This document shows, piece by piece, positions 13,735 to 26,956 of a DNA stretch of 64,000 nucleotides. Under the pieces are notes generated by a model, which did not search any database, was not told the origin of the DNA, and worked only from the letters and a program-made list of their open reading frames with translations. Within the stretch, counting starts at the first letter, position 1; each line of letters begins with the position of its first letter. The stretch comes from Lepidodermella squamata. Taxonomy: Eukaryota; Animalia; Gastrotricha. The stretch is from the NCBI GenBank assembly GCA_047495785.1, contig JBLDXI010000064.1, positions 744,001 to 808,000 on the forward strand, in the 5' to 3' direction. The position numbers were made by a program, and so were the translations under genes.

Positions 13735-15017
13735 ATGAACGACACACTAAACGCTCAGTCGAAGCCACCAGCAGTTGCGCTGCCAGGCGGGGCTTGGATA
13801 TCGGCCGATATCGAAGACCGTGGCTTCAACGGCTCACGGCCGTACTTCATCGGCTGGTTCCACGACCTGAGCAGGCCCTCAATCGAAGATCGACTGCCGT
13901 ATACGTTGACTATTGTCATACTAGCCGTTATCGGGATCGCAACAAGCATCGCTAACATCGCCGTCTACTACAAACGCGGCGTAAACAGCAGTTTCATCAT
14001 GCTGTGCTGCTTGCTCGCCGTTCGAAACATCATCTGGGCACTGAATTGTTGTATCAGCATGCTGATCACGCTACCAACTGGATATTGGGATGCTAGTCCA
14101 AGCTCATGTTCGCTCGTGTTTTGGATATCGGGTACCGTCGGTGGTTTCGGCGGCTGCGTCAACTTTCTCATCAGCTACGAACGCCGCCTCTGCGTCACCT
14201 CGGCTAGCATGTACCGAACCAGCTCTGCTAAAGTAAGAATTTGCGTCTTTTATCTTAACATGTAGATCATGTGCTTTCATTTCAGCTTCTGATCCTCGCC
14301 GCGTTTTTGTTCGCACTTTGCACAGTTCCTAATATAATATTTTCGTTCGCCCCGTTGCCGACGATGATGCACCAGCGGCTGGTCGTCGAAGGCATCAACA
14401 ACAACACAGCCATCGACTTGTGCAGCTTTTTTCCGTATCGTTACGCCGGTTCGGCAGACTCTGTCGTTCTAGTGGTGATCGTTTATCTGGTAGTTGTTCA
14501 AGCTACAACAATTGGCCTAGCTCTTAATTATTGGTAAACTTGCCGTAAAATAAGAGATGTGAGCCATATTCTTGTTTAATTTAGGAAAATATTCTCGCAA
14601 ATTCGACTGGTCCGGCGTCGTTGGCGTTCCCAGCAAAATAGAGCTCCGATGGCTAACCAGGAGGCGCAGTGGTACCAGCGTGAATTGTTCTTCGCCAAAC
14701 AGTCGATCGCCTCAGTTCTCGCGTACAACGTGTGTCAAATGCCACTGGCTGTTCAGATTGCTCTGCAGCTTGGATACGCTGAGATCGGGCCACGTTTCGC
14801 GATCGGCGATTTCAACAAGTACAGCCATGCGTGTATCATGATAGAAATAACCGCATCGGCCATAGTTCGCATGCTGAAACCGGGAGTCGGCAATAATAGC
14901 GTCGGCAATGCTTCGCTAAACAGCAGTAAACTGGCTGCTATTGTGAGGAAAACAGATAAAGCCGCGTCAACGATGGCGAGCAAGGGCGATTCCAAGGCAA
15001 ATGTTTCAAATAATTAA
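13735..15017 (+). CDS. 7TM GPCR, copy 7 (subfamily B); exons 13735-14232, 14286-14533, 14585-15017
   Basis: Family motifs; ATG chosen by homology with copy 6 (MNDTL). Confidence 0.85.
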
Positions 15018-15645
15018 AAATATGGATGCGTCTAATATCAACTACTATCATTGATCGAGAATAAAAAGCACCCCGCTTCGCTTATCATAGATCGCTATTT
15101 CGATCTCTAATTAAACTAGAATTTACTATAGCAAAAACTCGGAGGCCGAATGATCGAGGAACCTTTTTATTGAATTATCGCAAAATTTGTTCGAATTTGT
15201 TAACTTATCGAATATATATCCCAATGCTCAAAGCTGTTCTTCTCATAGAGTGGGAAGTAGGAGAATTCTATTGACGGTCATGCTCATCAATTTTTGCTTC
15301 ACGCTTTTGTGCCGCCATGCCGTAATGCGCCACCATGTGTCTTGATGGATAATAGTCAAAATCAGCCTGAATTTTGCGTAATGCTAGATGCCAGCGGGTG
15401 AGCAACCTGTATTTCCCGAGAGCTTTCATCAGCATATCATATAGCGGAGGCGACCAAAGACCAAAAGAGCTCGTACTCCGCTCTCTGCTGCGCAATATCT
15501 GAAATCGCAATCGCTGAAACGTGAGCTGATCGAAACCTCGCATACGTTGATCGATTCGCGAAACACTCCGCCTGCTTCAATTGTTTTACTCGTTTCCGCA
15601 CAAGCAGTTGCTAGGCCTTTCTAAAAGTATCTTCCTAAGCTAAAA

Positions 15646-16882
15646 ATGTTGTACAGCACTTCAACTACGGCTGATGCGATGGCAGGCGGTGGCTGGGTCA
15701 TTGCTCATATCGAAGATAGCGGCTTCGACACTGCCAGGCCGTACTTCATCGGGTGGTTCCACGATTTGAACTCGGCATCAGTCGCAGACCGGCTACCCTT
15801 TACCGTGGCTGCAGTCATCATGAGCTTCCTCGCAACCGTTGCCAGCATCGCAAACATTGCAGTTTACCACAGACGAAAGGTGAAGCGCAACTTTCTGGTT
15901 CTCAACGCGATGCTCGCCGCGCGTAACGTCATCTGGGCCATCAGTTGGTCGTGCGCCATGCTCTTCACTCTGCAGACTGGCTACTGGGAGGCAGGGCCTG
16001 TTGCTTGTTCCGTTTTTTGGTGGATTGGAACTGGCATCGGCGCGTTCGGCTGCTACGTCAACCTGATAATAAGTTACGAGCGCAGACTGTGCGTCACCTC
16101 GATGACCCTCTACCAATCGAGCACACGCAAGGTAAATGACCGGCTTTTAAATCACCTTGATGTATAGCTCAAAAATGAATGAATAACTTTAATAACTTGC
16201 TGAATTTCCATTTTTTCAATGACAGCTCGTTACAATGACTCTCGGCTGCTTCGTCTTCTGCGCTGTCTACACATGTGCCTATTTGGTTGGGCCCTTGACG
16301 GCATTTGGGTTCGAAGAGCTTATCATCGCTAATAACAGTAGCCAGAATGGATCGACAACAATTAGGCTGTGCGGGTCATTTTCGAACAAACTGGTAGGCG
16401 AAGCAGACACGCTGGTCGTTGTTCTCGTCTACTTTCTGTTCACAGTTGCAGTGACATCGATCGGCCTAGCTTTCAACTACCGGTAAGATTCGACCATCAT
16501 TGCATTTATCATATTTTATGAACGGTTAACCTATAGGAAAATGTTGTCGCAAGTTAAGATGTCTCGTTTGGCTTGGAAATTGCAAGGCTGCCAGTCGCCG
16601 ATGCACAGCTGGCGGAAGCGAGAAGTTTTCATCGCAAAACAGTCGATTGTTGGCGTCGTGCTGTACACCACGTTCCATGTGCCACTCGCTGTGTGCGTCA
16701 TCCTACAGCTCGGCTACTTCGACGTTGGTCCACTGTTTGTCAGTGCCAGTCTCGGCAAAATTTCCTGCCTATGTGTCGCTCTTGAAATGGTTTTGTCTTC
16801 AATAGTGAGGTCTCTGAAACCAGGGTTTTCGCTTTGTCGATTACTTTCTCGAAAAGACAACACTGTCGATTTTAAAAAATAG
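15646..16882 (+). CDS. 7TM GPCR, copy 8 (subfamily C); exons 15646-16131, 16226-16482, 16537-16882
   Basis: Family motifs; junction codon is Arg (NYR) instead of the usual Trp. Confidence 0.8.
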
Positions 16883-17141
16883 TTAATTACGTCCTAAGCT
16901 TACACTTTTATTCGCACTGCGAATCTCAGCGATTTAAATATCAGTCCATGGAGAGAATTTGAAATGAAATTGATCTCTAGTCACCAGGCTTCATCTGTTG
17001 AATTTAGGAGATTTAGCTGTTAGTAAAAGCGGAAAACTAGTTGAAGCAGGAAGCTTTTAGAAAACAGACGGATCATTTTTACCGACTCTAATTGAAGCGA
17101 CTTTTCTAAAACTGCTCTTTCAACTTGCATCATCGCGGACA

Positions 17142-18463
17142 ATGTCGAATTCGTCGCGTTCGAACGCCAATAATATGGCTTTTGTGATGCCTGGCGGGGC
17201 TTGGATTATGGCAAACATCCCGGATCGCGGCTTCAACGGCTCGAGGCCGTATTTCATCGGATGGTTCCACGATTTGGGGGCGGAAAGCGTTCACGATCGA
17301 CTGCACTACAGCATAACTGCGGTGGTTGTGTCTCTCCTTGGCATCATCGCCAGCATTACAAACGTTGTTTCTTACTATCAGAGCAATGTGAATGGCGATT
17401 TCCTGATGCTCAGCGTGATGATAGCCGTGCGCAACATTGTCTTGGCCATCAATTTGTCTTTCGCTTTCCTAGTCACTCTGCCGACCGGGTTTTGGGAGGC
17501 TGGTCGCGCCGCCTGCTCAAGCGTGTTCTGGATCTCGTCCACAGTAGGCACGTTCGGCTGCGTCATCAATTGGCTCATCAGCTACGAACGCCGCATGTGC
17601 ATCGCCTCGACGTCATCATACCGTTCGAATAAAGCTAAGGTAAGTAATTTGAATAGTTAAATCTTTAATTTTTACTGGATAAATCTGTTTTTTTCAAAGC
17701 TTATGATAATGGCTGTAGTACTGTTCGCGTTGTCTGGTTGCTACCCGATCGCGTTCATCATCGAGCCATATCAAACGCTGGGCTATCAAGAAATCATAAT
17801 TGCCGGAGTGAACAACAACTCAGCCATTCCGTTGTGCGGCTCGTTCAACTACAAATTCTTTCGTTCTACGGACACTACGGTGGCTATTCTGCTGTACTAC
17901 CTAGTGGTGGTTCAGCTGTCCTCTTGCGGCCTCTCCTACAACTATTGGTTGGTCGCTAATTTCTTACAAATTGGTTTTCTGTATCATTCGATCTATATAG
18001 GAAAATTTTCGCTCAAATTCGGGCTGTTCGCCTTGGATGGCGGTCGACGCAGCGTAGCATGCAGACCGTGGCCATAGAGACGCAATGGCGGCAGCGGGAA
18101 GTGTTTTTTGCAAAGCAATCCGTAGCCGCCGTGCTCGTGTACAACACATTCCACCTGCCCATGGCCGTGCATTTAGTGTTCCAGCTCGATTACTGGAACT
18201 GGGGCCCGAGCTACGCCAGCGGTGACCTGCTCAAGTACAGCAACATTTGCACAGTTGCAGAAATGGTCTTTTCGTGCTTTGTCAAAATGGTGAAACCCGG
18301 ATTCTCGCAGCGGATGCCTTCCATCGGAAGGAAGCTTCTGCAGCATCGGGGTCTTCGACAGCGACCGAGTCGGATTAACGTGGCTAGCACAAATAAGGCA
18401 ACAGCAGCTACGGCTACATTTGCCGTAACAACTCGAGAGTCCTTGAATACCAATAATTATTGA
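17142..18463 (+). CDS. 7TM GPCR, copy 9 (subfamily D); exons 17142-17639, 17700-17947, 18001-18463
   Basis: Family motifs; open spliced frame. Confidence 0.85.
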
Positions 18464-18857
18464 AAACTTATCAAGAAATTCACAGTTAATAATTTAATCC
18501 ATTCAATCTATAAATAATCCATTTACCATTTAATTCGTTCAGTTTGGAATAGTTCAGGCCAGAATTTCTCTTCTTCACAATTGGAAACGCTTGTACGCTT
18601 AAGGAGAATGAAAACTGATTCGAGACGTAGGTCAAATAGGAAAATAGCTTGAAATGTTGCTGAAGCTAATGTCATGTTTACTGACTGTCTCGTCTTGAAG
18701 TTAGCCAACTGTGTAACTCTCATTCGAACAACTGATTGTTTGACGTTATGACTTTGAGAGAAGCTAATGCATGGACGGCACCACACATTGGAGATCAAGA
18801 ACCCAGTCTTTCCGCATTGATCGTGATCTGTTCCACTGTTTCCACATTTCAAGCTAT

Positions 18858-19776
18858 TTTCGGCTGCTACGTCAACCTGATCATAAGTTACGAGCGCAGA
18901 CTGTGCGTCACCTCGGCGACTGTCTACAGATCGAGCACTCCTAGGGTATGTCACTTAATTTGTCTTAGCATTTCCTGTCCACCTGAGATGGTACCTTAAC
19001 GCTTGTGGGTTTAGGGGCGCGAGAGATTACAACGCAAATAACCAACTCTCGTTCGGCTCACTTTATTTTTGCCTATAGCTCAACTTGCATTTATGATTAT
19101 ACTATTTCCAGCTCGTTTTAATAACTCTCGGCTGTTTTGCCTTCTGCACCGGCTACACTTGCGCTTATTTAATTGAGCCCCTGAAGGCATTCGGGTACGA
19201 AGAACTTGTCATCGCTAACAACAGCAGCCAGAATGGATCGACAACCATTAGGCTTTGCGGGTCATTTTCAAATAAACTGGTCGGCGAAGCAGACACGCTA
19301 GTGGTTGTTCTCGTCTACCTTCTGTTCACAGTTACAGTGACATCGATCGGCCTAGCTTTCAACCACTGGTAAGAAACTGATGCGACCATCATAGATTGTC
19401 ATCATCAGATTGTGTGAATCTTTGATATAGGAAAATGTTGTCGCAAGTGAGGTCGTCTCGTTTGGCTTGGAAATTGCAGGGCTGCCAGTCGCCGATGCAC
19501 AGCTGGCGGAAACGAGAAGTGTTCATCGCGAAACAGTCCATTGTTGGCTTTGTGCTGTACACTGCCTTTCACCTGCCGCTCGCTGTGTGCATCATTCTCC
19601 AGCTCGGCTATTCTGCTATTGGCCCGCAGTATGTCAGTGCGAGTCTCGGCAAAATTGCGAGCCTTTGTGCCGCCCTGGAAATGGTTTTGTCTTCCATATT
19701 GAGGTCGCTGAAACCAGGATTCTCGCTTAGTAGATTGCTGCCTCGGAAACGCAACACTGTCGACTTGAAAAAGTAG
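18858..19776 (+). pseudogene. 5'-truncated GPCR, copy 10 (paralog of copy 8); partial exon 1 to ~18945, exons 19112-19368, 19431-19776
   Basis: Homology begins only at FGCYVNLIISYERR; N-terminus and TM1-2 absent. Confidence 0.75.
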
Positions 19777-20548
19777 CTCATCGCGCTACAAGCTTAAACT
19801 CATAAGATAACAAATCTGACTTCCGAGTAAAAAGTTGTACGATAAGTCATTCTGAAAACGAAGTTGATGAATAAAATTCAATGTCCATTGGAACGGCTAT
19901 AAAATCGAATCATCATAAAACTTGGTGTTTGCCTCAAAAATAGGGTGTCTAAGAAATGATGAATGGAAACTTATTGATTGCCGCAGGTTAGTGTAAGAGC
20001 CCGCGCGTGTCCTTCTCGTCCTGTCAACTACGACTTTATTTTTTGAGAGGGTCTCCTGAGATGTTCAAGTGCCATCTGCCCTTTCACCTCCAACTACTAG
20101 GACACCCTTGCGATTTCCTGTTTTTATGAACCAAGTTGAGAGTGGCAAAAATAGACGTCTCATACTCGAAGAAGCAGCTTCTTCGACTTCGAGTCTCGGC
20201 AAATAATAAGCGGGTCTTCGCCCCGCTATTGAAATAGTCTAATCTTCAAGAGTCAAGAGTCAAGAGTCAAGTCCCTGAAACCTAGTTTCAAGCTTAATTA
20301 GCTAAATTGCAGTACTCGGTTTTATGAAACCGTGTGGCTTGTGAACAAAGCAAATAATAAATAATAGCCGTGTGAATCTCAGCGACCTCAGTGAAATTGA
20401 TCACTCGTGCTTAGTGATCAGACATCAGACATTTAGCTATTATTAAAATCGCAAAAATAGTTGAAACAGGAAGCTTTTAGAAACAGAGACGATCAAATTC
20501 ACCAAGAAGTCGCTTCTAAAGCTGCTTTTTCACTCAAATCGTCGAAAA

Positions 20549-21531
20549 ATGTGGAATTTGTCACATTCCAACGGCAGTAGTCTACTGTGATGCCTGGCGG
20601 GGCTTGGATTATGGCCGACATCCCGGATCGCGGTTTCAACGGCTCGAGGCCGTACTTCATCGGCTGGTTCCACGATTTGGAAGCGGCAAGCGTTCACGAT
20701 CGACTGCACTACACCATCACTGCGGTCGTAGTGTCTCTTCTTGGCATCATCGCCAGCATAACGAACGTTGTTTCGTACTACCAGAGCAATGTCAATGGCG
20801 ATTTTTTGATGCTCAGCGTGATGATAGCTGTGCACAACATTGTCTGGGCCACCAATTTGTCATTCGCTTTCCTAGTCACTCTGCCGACCGGGTTTTGGGA
20901 GGCTGGCCGCACCGCCTGCTCAGGCATGTTCTGGATCTCGTCCACAGTTGGCACGTTCGACTGCGTGGTCAATTGGCTGATCAGCTACGAACGCCGCATG
21001 TGCATCGCCTCGATGTCTCTATACCGCTCAAATAAAGCTAAGGTATGACATTTGCATATTTTATACATTTTAGAAAACAAATCCCTCGTTTTGAAAGCTG
21101 ATGATGATGGCTGTGGTGCTGTTCGCTTTGTGTGGCTGCTACCCGATCGCGTTCATCATCGAGCCATATCAAACGCTCGGCTATCAAGAAATCATAATCG
21201 TCGGAGTGAACAACAACTCAGCTGTGCCATTGTGCGGCTCGTTCAACTACAAATTCATTCGTTCCTCAGCCACTACGGTTGCTATTCTGCTGTACTACCT
21301 GGTGGTGGTTCAACTGTCTTCCTTCGGTCTCTCCTATTACAACTATTGGTTAGTCGCCAATTTCTTACTTGGTTTTCTGTATCATTCGATCTATACAGGA
21401 GAATGTTCGCTCAAATTCGGGCTGTTCGCACTGGATGGCGGTCGACGCAGCGCAATCGACCGCCAGCTGTGGCAGTCGACAGCAGCGCAAGTGTAACTCT
21501 CATTCAACCAACTAATTGTTTAACGTTATGA
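20549..21531 (+). pseudogene. GPCR pseudogene, copy 11 (paralog of copy 9)
   Basis: The ATG homologous to that of copy 9 (20549) runs into TGA at 20588 (frameshift); exon 3 is truncated at ~21490. Confidence 0.75.
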
Positions 21532-21939
21532 CTTCGACGCAAAAAAGTCACTGATTCTGCCATCACCTCTTGTCACCATATAGGTAACGCAAATATGTGA
21601 TAGCTGAGACACATATATCTCCGTTTACAGACGTAAGCCACCCGTTCGTTCAACCAGTGCGTCCCATGAAATCGATTTCATTGAGTGAAACCGTTGGGCT
21701 AGTGGCTGCACAAGCCTCCGTCTTTCGACATTTGAATCGCAGATTCACTCGGAGTGCAGCGTGGTAGCAACTGCCCGTATTCATAGGTGGCAGGAAAAAC
21801 ACACTGCGGAAAAACATGCTGCTCTGTCAGCGCAGACACCGATTCGAATTTAAGAGTGAATAAAAAGGGACGATTTTATTTTGCACTTAAACATTCGCGA
21901 ATAGAAGAAATGATGAATTTGCGTGATTCCGCTGCGGTT

Positions 21940-23019
21940 TTAACAAGACGACATTGCTCGAATTGCTCCTCGCGACCTCAGCAAATCGACCACATCGGTA
22001 TTGTTTTTGCTGCTGTTGCAGATCGCTAAATCAAGAGCTGTTTCACGATTATCAAAAAGTCTGATATCCTTATTTGCACCTCTATCTAGCAACAGTCGAA
22101 CTGTTTCGACATGCCCATTCGAAGCAGTCTTCATCAACGCCGTATAGCCTTTGTTATACCTGGCCTCGATGGCAGCGTTGCGATCAAGTAACAGTCGTAC
22201 AACGTCGACTTTCCCATTCTGAAACGCCAACATCAACGCCGTATCGCCATCGTTATTCTTGGCCTCGATGGCAGCGTTGCGATCCAGCAACAGTCTAACA
22301 ACGTCGACGTACCCATTCTCAGCCGCCATCAACAACGCTGTCCAGCCAATGTTAGACTTGGCCTCGATGGCAGCCCCGCGATCTAGCAACAGCCGAGCTA
22401 CTTGGACTCGCCCATTCCTCGCTGCTAAAATCAACGCCGTCCAGCCATTATAATTATTCTTGGCCTCGATTGCAGCGTTGCGATCCAACAACAGCCGAAC
22501 TACTTCGACGTGCCCATTCTCAGCCGCAATCATCAACGCCGTCTTGCCATTGATGAATTCCTTGGCAGCGTTGCGATCAAGCAACAGTCGTACAACGTCG
22601 ACTTTCCCATTCTCAGCCGCCAACAACAACGCCGTATCACCATAGTTATTCTTGGCCTCGGTGGCAGCGTTGCGATCTAGCAGTAGTCGAACTACTTCGA
22701 AATGCCCATTAATAGCCGCCCACATCAACACCGTCCAGCCAAAATAATCCTCCTTGGAATTGACATCAGCTCCTCGATCGACGAACAGCTGAGCAATTTG
22801 CATTCGCTGGTCGGACTGCATCGGCATGCACGCAACGCTGTGCAGCAGGCTGCAATTTATGGTAGTCCAAGGAGCGCAGTGAATCTCCCTTGGGTCGCGC
22901 CAGTTCGGGTCGAATTCGCCGCCAGTGGATTCGTCGATCTCCGCAACGAGTTGCCGCACCTGCGCCACGTCGGCAGTGTCATGTGTCACATTCCACAACT
23001 GCTCGTACACTTCGCGGAC
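21940..23019 (-). CDS. Terminal ankyrin-array exon, unit 1 (N-cap, 7 internal repeats, C-cap)
   Basis: TALxxAAxxGxVEVVRLLLDRNAAIEAK repeats; no ATG; phase-0 acceptor tttag|GTC CGC GAA GTG. Confidence 0.85.
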   Translation of the reverse strand, partial: VREVYEQLWNVTHDTADVAQVRQLVAEIDESTGGEFDPNWRDPREIHCAPWTTINCSLLHSVACMPMQSDQRMQIAQLFVDRGADVNSKEDYFGWTVLMWAAINGHFEVVRLLLDRNAATEAKNNYGDTALLLAAENGKVDVVRLLLDRNAAKEFINGKTALMIAAENGHVEVVRLLLDRNAAIEAKNNYNGWTALILAARNGRVQVARLLLDRGAAIEAKSNIGWTALLMAAENGYVDVVRLLLDRNAAIEAKNNDGDTALMLAFQNGKVDVVRLLLDRNAAIEARYNKGYTALMKTASNGHVETVRLLLDRGANKDIRLFDNRETALDLAICNSSKNNTDVVDLLRSRGAIRAMSSC

Positions 23020-23823
23020 CTAAATTTAATAAAGACATTGGAAATTTAACTTGACGCAAGAGACTGAGCGCATAGAGTTTAGTACAAAAAAATACAAGGT
23101 TGTCAGTGTAAAACAGACGTGTAAAAGTATGCGCGTAAAAACATGTAAAAGCATGCAAAAATAACTCCAGCTTTTCCACGTGTAAAAACAATGAGACACC
23201 CATATTCAATCGATAATCGATAGAGAATTAAATGAATTTTTATCACTTTTATCAATTATTTAGGGTCTATCCTTTATTTTGGTTCTGCCCTTCTTCTGAA
23301 AACTGCCTAGATCAACAGTTAAAACCACCGAATAACCACTATAGCTCCACTTGTGACTACACGCGTGAAGTGTTTCTCCAAGTGGATTATGGTAGATTAA
23401 GGCGAGCGCGTGGGTGCGATAGGCGGTGGAACTGTCGCTGCAAAGGACACAGACCGCACACTGCTAGGCGGTTATCAACTGGCGCTGAGAGGTGGCGGAC
23501 TACCTATGGCACGCGTTACAAAGGGCGGCGGGCCGCAAGCAGAGACAAGTGGTGCTGAATAATGAAGTTTAAATTAAATAAAAAGAATACATCGAGTTTT
23601 TACACGTCTTCTGTAAAAAACTTTGAGCAATTTCCCATTATTACTGTAAAAACATTTAAAAACACTAGTTTTTCCAGAACTGTACATCTCTGAAAAAATA
23701 TCAAACAGGTTGCGCATATTATGATCAACCATTATAATCGAAATTTTCAACGCTTTCGGCTATAGGTCTTTCACCGGGCCCTTGATTGCTCATTTTCAGC
23801 TTAATACCGTTAATACGTAAATA

Positions 23824-24386
23824 CCGTACTGCCCGAAAATAATGCCCGCCTCGAATAAATGTCAGAGGTTAGAGGTCGTTCGAAAGATACATGTCGTTAG
23901 CGACGCGCCGAAACAACCACTTTACTATTTGTAGATGTTATGAGGAAAGTACGTTCGAAATAAGAAAGAAATCGGTGCTCAAAAGGCCTAACGTACTTCA
24001 CCATTACGTTAGGCGACTGAAAGTACGATCGAATGAGTCATCTAAGTGGTTGTTTTGGCGCGTCATTAACGATGTCAGGCCCGAAATAAATGTCAGGTCA
24101 GTGGCGGGGACAATACTGAAGATCACTAATAAGGTAGTTTTAGCCATTCTGATTGGCTATAATTTCTACTCTTGGCACTTGGAAAGGTTAGGGACCAATT
24201 TTGTGGGCGGTACAAATACGTAGAATCTCAGGGAAAAGTATTCCATTTTGGTTATCTAAGCTATTATTCGTTGGTTCGGATAAATAAATGTCAGGCCCGA
24301 AATAAATGTCAGTCTCTTTTAAATGTCAGGGGTTCATCTACGTTTGAAAAAAATTAATGTCAGGATTTTTGTTCCGGGCAGTACGG
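23824..24386. mobile_element. Tc1/pogo-like MITE
   Basis: TIR CCGTACTGCCCG...CGGGCAGTACGG with TA on both sides; internal aataaatgtcag repeats. Confidence 0.75.
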
Positions 24387-24769
24387 TAATTTTGGACTAC
24401 GATGTATATTTTGTTATGAACATAGCACTAGCATAACTCTATTTTCGAAAATATATAATAGTGTCATGGATCTGCTTTTCCATCTGTGTTTGAGCTCTGA
24501 GCACGCTGACGGTCTGACTGATAATATACTCGATGTAATCTCCAATGATGATGCAATTATTGCAATTAATTATAGGTCGTCGCTAGCTGCACCCGCGCGC
24601 TGGGTGCATAGAATTTGCTTGCTACACCGCGCGCGCAGGCCGATTTCAATGTGCAAATCGAAAACAACATTAATAGGATTAAGATGGTCGCGAGTTGGGC
24701 GCTATACATCGAAACCCTTTTCATTTTGATTTAAACATCAATATTCACGTATTTTCTACAATCGCGTGC

Positions 24770-25451
24770 CTAAAATGGTGCTGGAAAAAAGACCTCAGCG
24801 ATATAAACAAAAGCGTTGAGGCAGCTATCGAAAAAGCCTTTGGCCCTGTCATGGGCCGGCTAGATCAGCTACTCTCCCGTATCGATTTCCTCGAGACGAA
24901 AATCGAAAAACAGAGCGAAGTAATTCGCTCGCAAGAAAAACGTCTGTATCAGCTCGAAATTCGGCTTAACGAGGCCGATGAACTCCGGCTTCGCAATACT
25001 GTGATTCTTCACAACGTCGAGCCAGTTGCTGACGAAACGGCCACTGCTTTGGCCCAGCAAGTTGAGACTTAAGTTCCTCGACCTGGCTGGTGCCGAATAC
25101 GAATGTTACCGTTTCTCGAAAAAGTCGCCGAAACTGGTTGAAGTTGTTGTCAAGGGCCAGAAAGCGGAACAGGTGGTTCGGAAAGTGCTGGCTGGTGGGT
25201 CGGCGAAAAAGTTCCAGACGGCTTTCAGGCGCAAGGTTAACAAGGCTCTCTCGGCCAAAATCCATGCTTTGGAGGCTCTACAAACCGGTGAAGGTAAACT
25301 GAAATTCAAAATTCGCCAAAATGGGTATCGCCTTGAAACCGATGATCACGGCTCGTTTCTGTACGACGGCAAAGCTGACCAATTCGTCTCGCTAGAAAGC
25401 GTGCAAGCAACTGGTAATGTGACGTTAACTCGTCGCACTCAACAGCTGTAG
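24770..25451 (+). mobile_element. LINE ORF1-like remnant (coiled coil plus RRM-like start), frameshifted
   Basis: Heptad stretch LLSRIDFLETKIEKQ...LEIRLNEADE followed by RNTVILHNVEP. Confidence 0.5.
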
Positions 25452-25529
25452 GAACCTGCAGGTCTAACTCTGAACCCGTCTGACATTTGTGTACTATTAC
25501 GATTATTAGAGCGATCGATCAGAGGGGAC

Positions 25530-26510
25530 GAATATAGCACGCTTATAGGTATGACTGACGATGAGATTAGAACTCTCCTTGACATTTTCAATAAGGCATG
25601 TATAGAGCTCGGACTTAAAATTAATGGATGTGGCTATGTGAACACAGGAAAAGTGTATCGCCCAATGGCTATGCGTACACTAAGTGCGTGACACACAGCC
25701 AAATTTAAGCGCGCGCTGTGTTCAAGTAGCCAATCACGCACACACAATGTGTATGCATAGCCAATAGGTAATACACAATCCTGTGTTCACATAGCCATGT
25801 CCAAAATTAATGTTGCGAAAACCCAATACATGGTTGTAGGAGGCAAGGGAGATGAAGAACTATTTTTAGGTGATCAGAAACTCGAAAAAGTCGACTCTTT
25901 TAAATATTTAGGAAGCATAATTACTAATGACGGAAAAATGGATAAAGAACTGAACGCTCGAATCGCCAAGGCAGGGTGCTGCTTTGGGGCAATGAACAAA
26001 TTTATGTGCAACAGAAACCATATAAGTATAGAAACAAAAATGAAGGTTCTAAATTGTCTGATTATTCCTACCATCATGTATGCGAGTGAAACATGGAATC
26101 TAACAGCCGCACAAGAAAATAGCCTGAATTTAATTGAGATGTGATGGCTTCGAACAATTTTGGGCATAAAATTATTGGACTTCATACCTAACTACGACCT
26201 CAGATTGGTTTGCGGTGGAGTCATAGAGGTCGGAAGGTTGATAGAAAAACAAAGAATGAGATACTTAGGCCACATTATTCGAGAAGATGAATATAACGTT
26301 AGCAGCTTGACAAACGCAATGCTAAATTGGAATAACCCCGGAAAATGGAAAAAACCCAAAGGCGCACCTAAAACTACCTGGCGTCACGCAATTAATAGGA
26401 GTCTCAGAAAAACAGGATTGGTCAAACTACAATACAATAATATTTATGAAGGACCCCCGAAAGTGGGGAGACTGGCGAAAACAGCGGTCGTGATAAGGGT
26501 TCAAACTTAG
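25530..26510 (+). mobile_element. RTE-like LINE RT C-terminal fragment (degenerate)
   Basis: GLKINVAKT, FKYLGSII, YASETW, KPKGAPKTTW; internal stop codon. Confidence 0.85.
25626..25802. mobile_element. 177-bp Mutator-like MITE with 9-bp TSD
   Basis: TIR ggatgtggctatgtgaacacagga / tcctgtgttcacatagccatgtcc; TSD AAAATTAAT; removal restores GLKINVAKT. Confidence 0.85.
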
Positions 26511-26956
26511 GAAGTAGCTGATTGGGAACTGACACAAATAGCAGCGCGAGATCGCAACGAATGGCAAATGCTAACTTTAACAATAGCGAATTTCGAATTT
26601 CATGCGAAAAGCAGGCTCTTCACGAATGTGACCGATGGCGGCACCCCGTGATCGCTGATCGTCACCCTCCCCTAAACCTTTGCGGTAAAACGGTTCCTCT
26701 TGTTGTGCGAATATTATCATCACAAGCCACCAGCGGAGGAGGAAAAATAAAACTTTTCATTGTTTCATTATTTCATTGTAAATCTGCCGCCCAAAAATGT
26801 ACAAGTTCGCCCCATTTGTGTCGCCCAAAAAAATAAAGCTGCACTCATTGTGTAATCGAAGCACAAATCCACCTTAATCCGCCCCTTAAAGCGAAAGGCC
26901 GCGCCTGCATGACAATCAGCCGCCCTAAAATATATAAATCCGCCCTGTTTGAATAA

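Noticed and set aside
1260-18463. GPCRs as opsins
   Set aside because: The conserved Lys lies at the start of TM7, not at the retinal-binding position, and NPxxY is absent
21940-23010. Ankyrin ORFs as stand-alone intronless or horizontally acquired genes
   Set aside because: The ORF-track starts are GTG directly after a conserved splice acceptor, with no conserved Met; they are terminal exons
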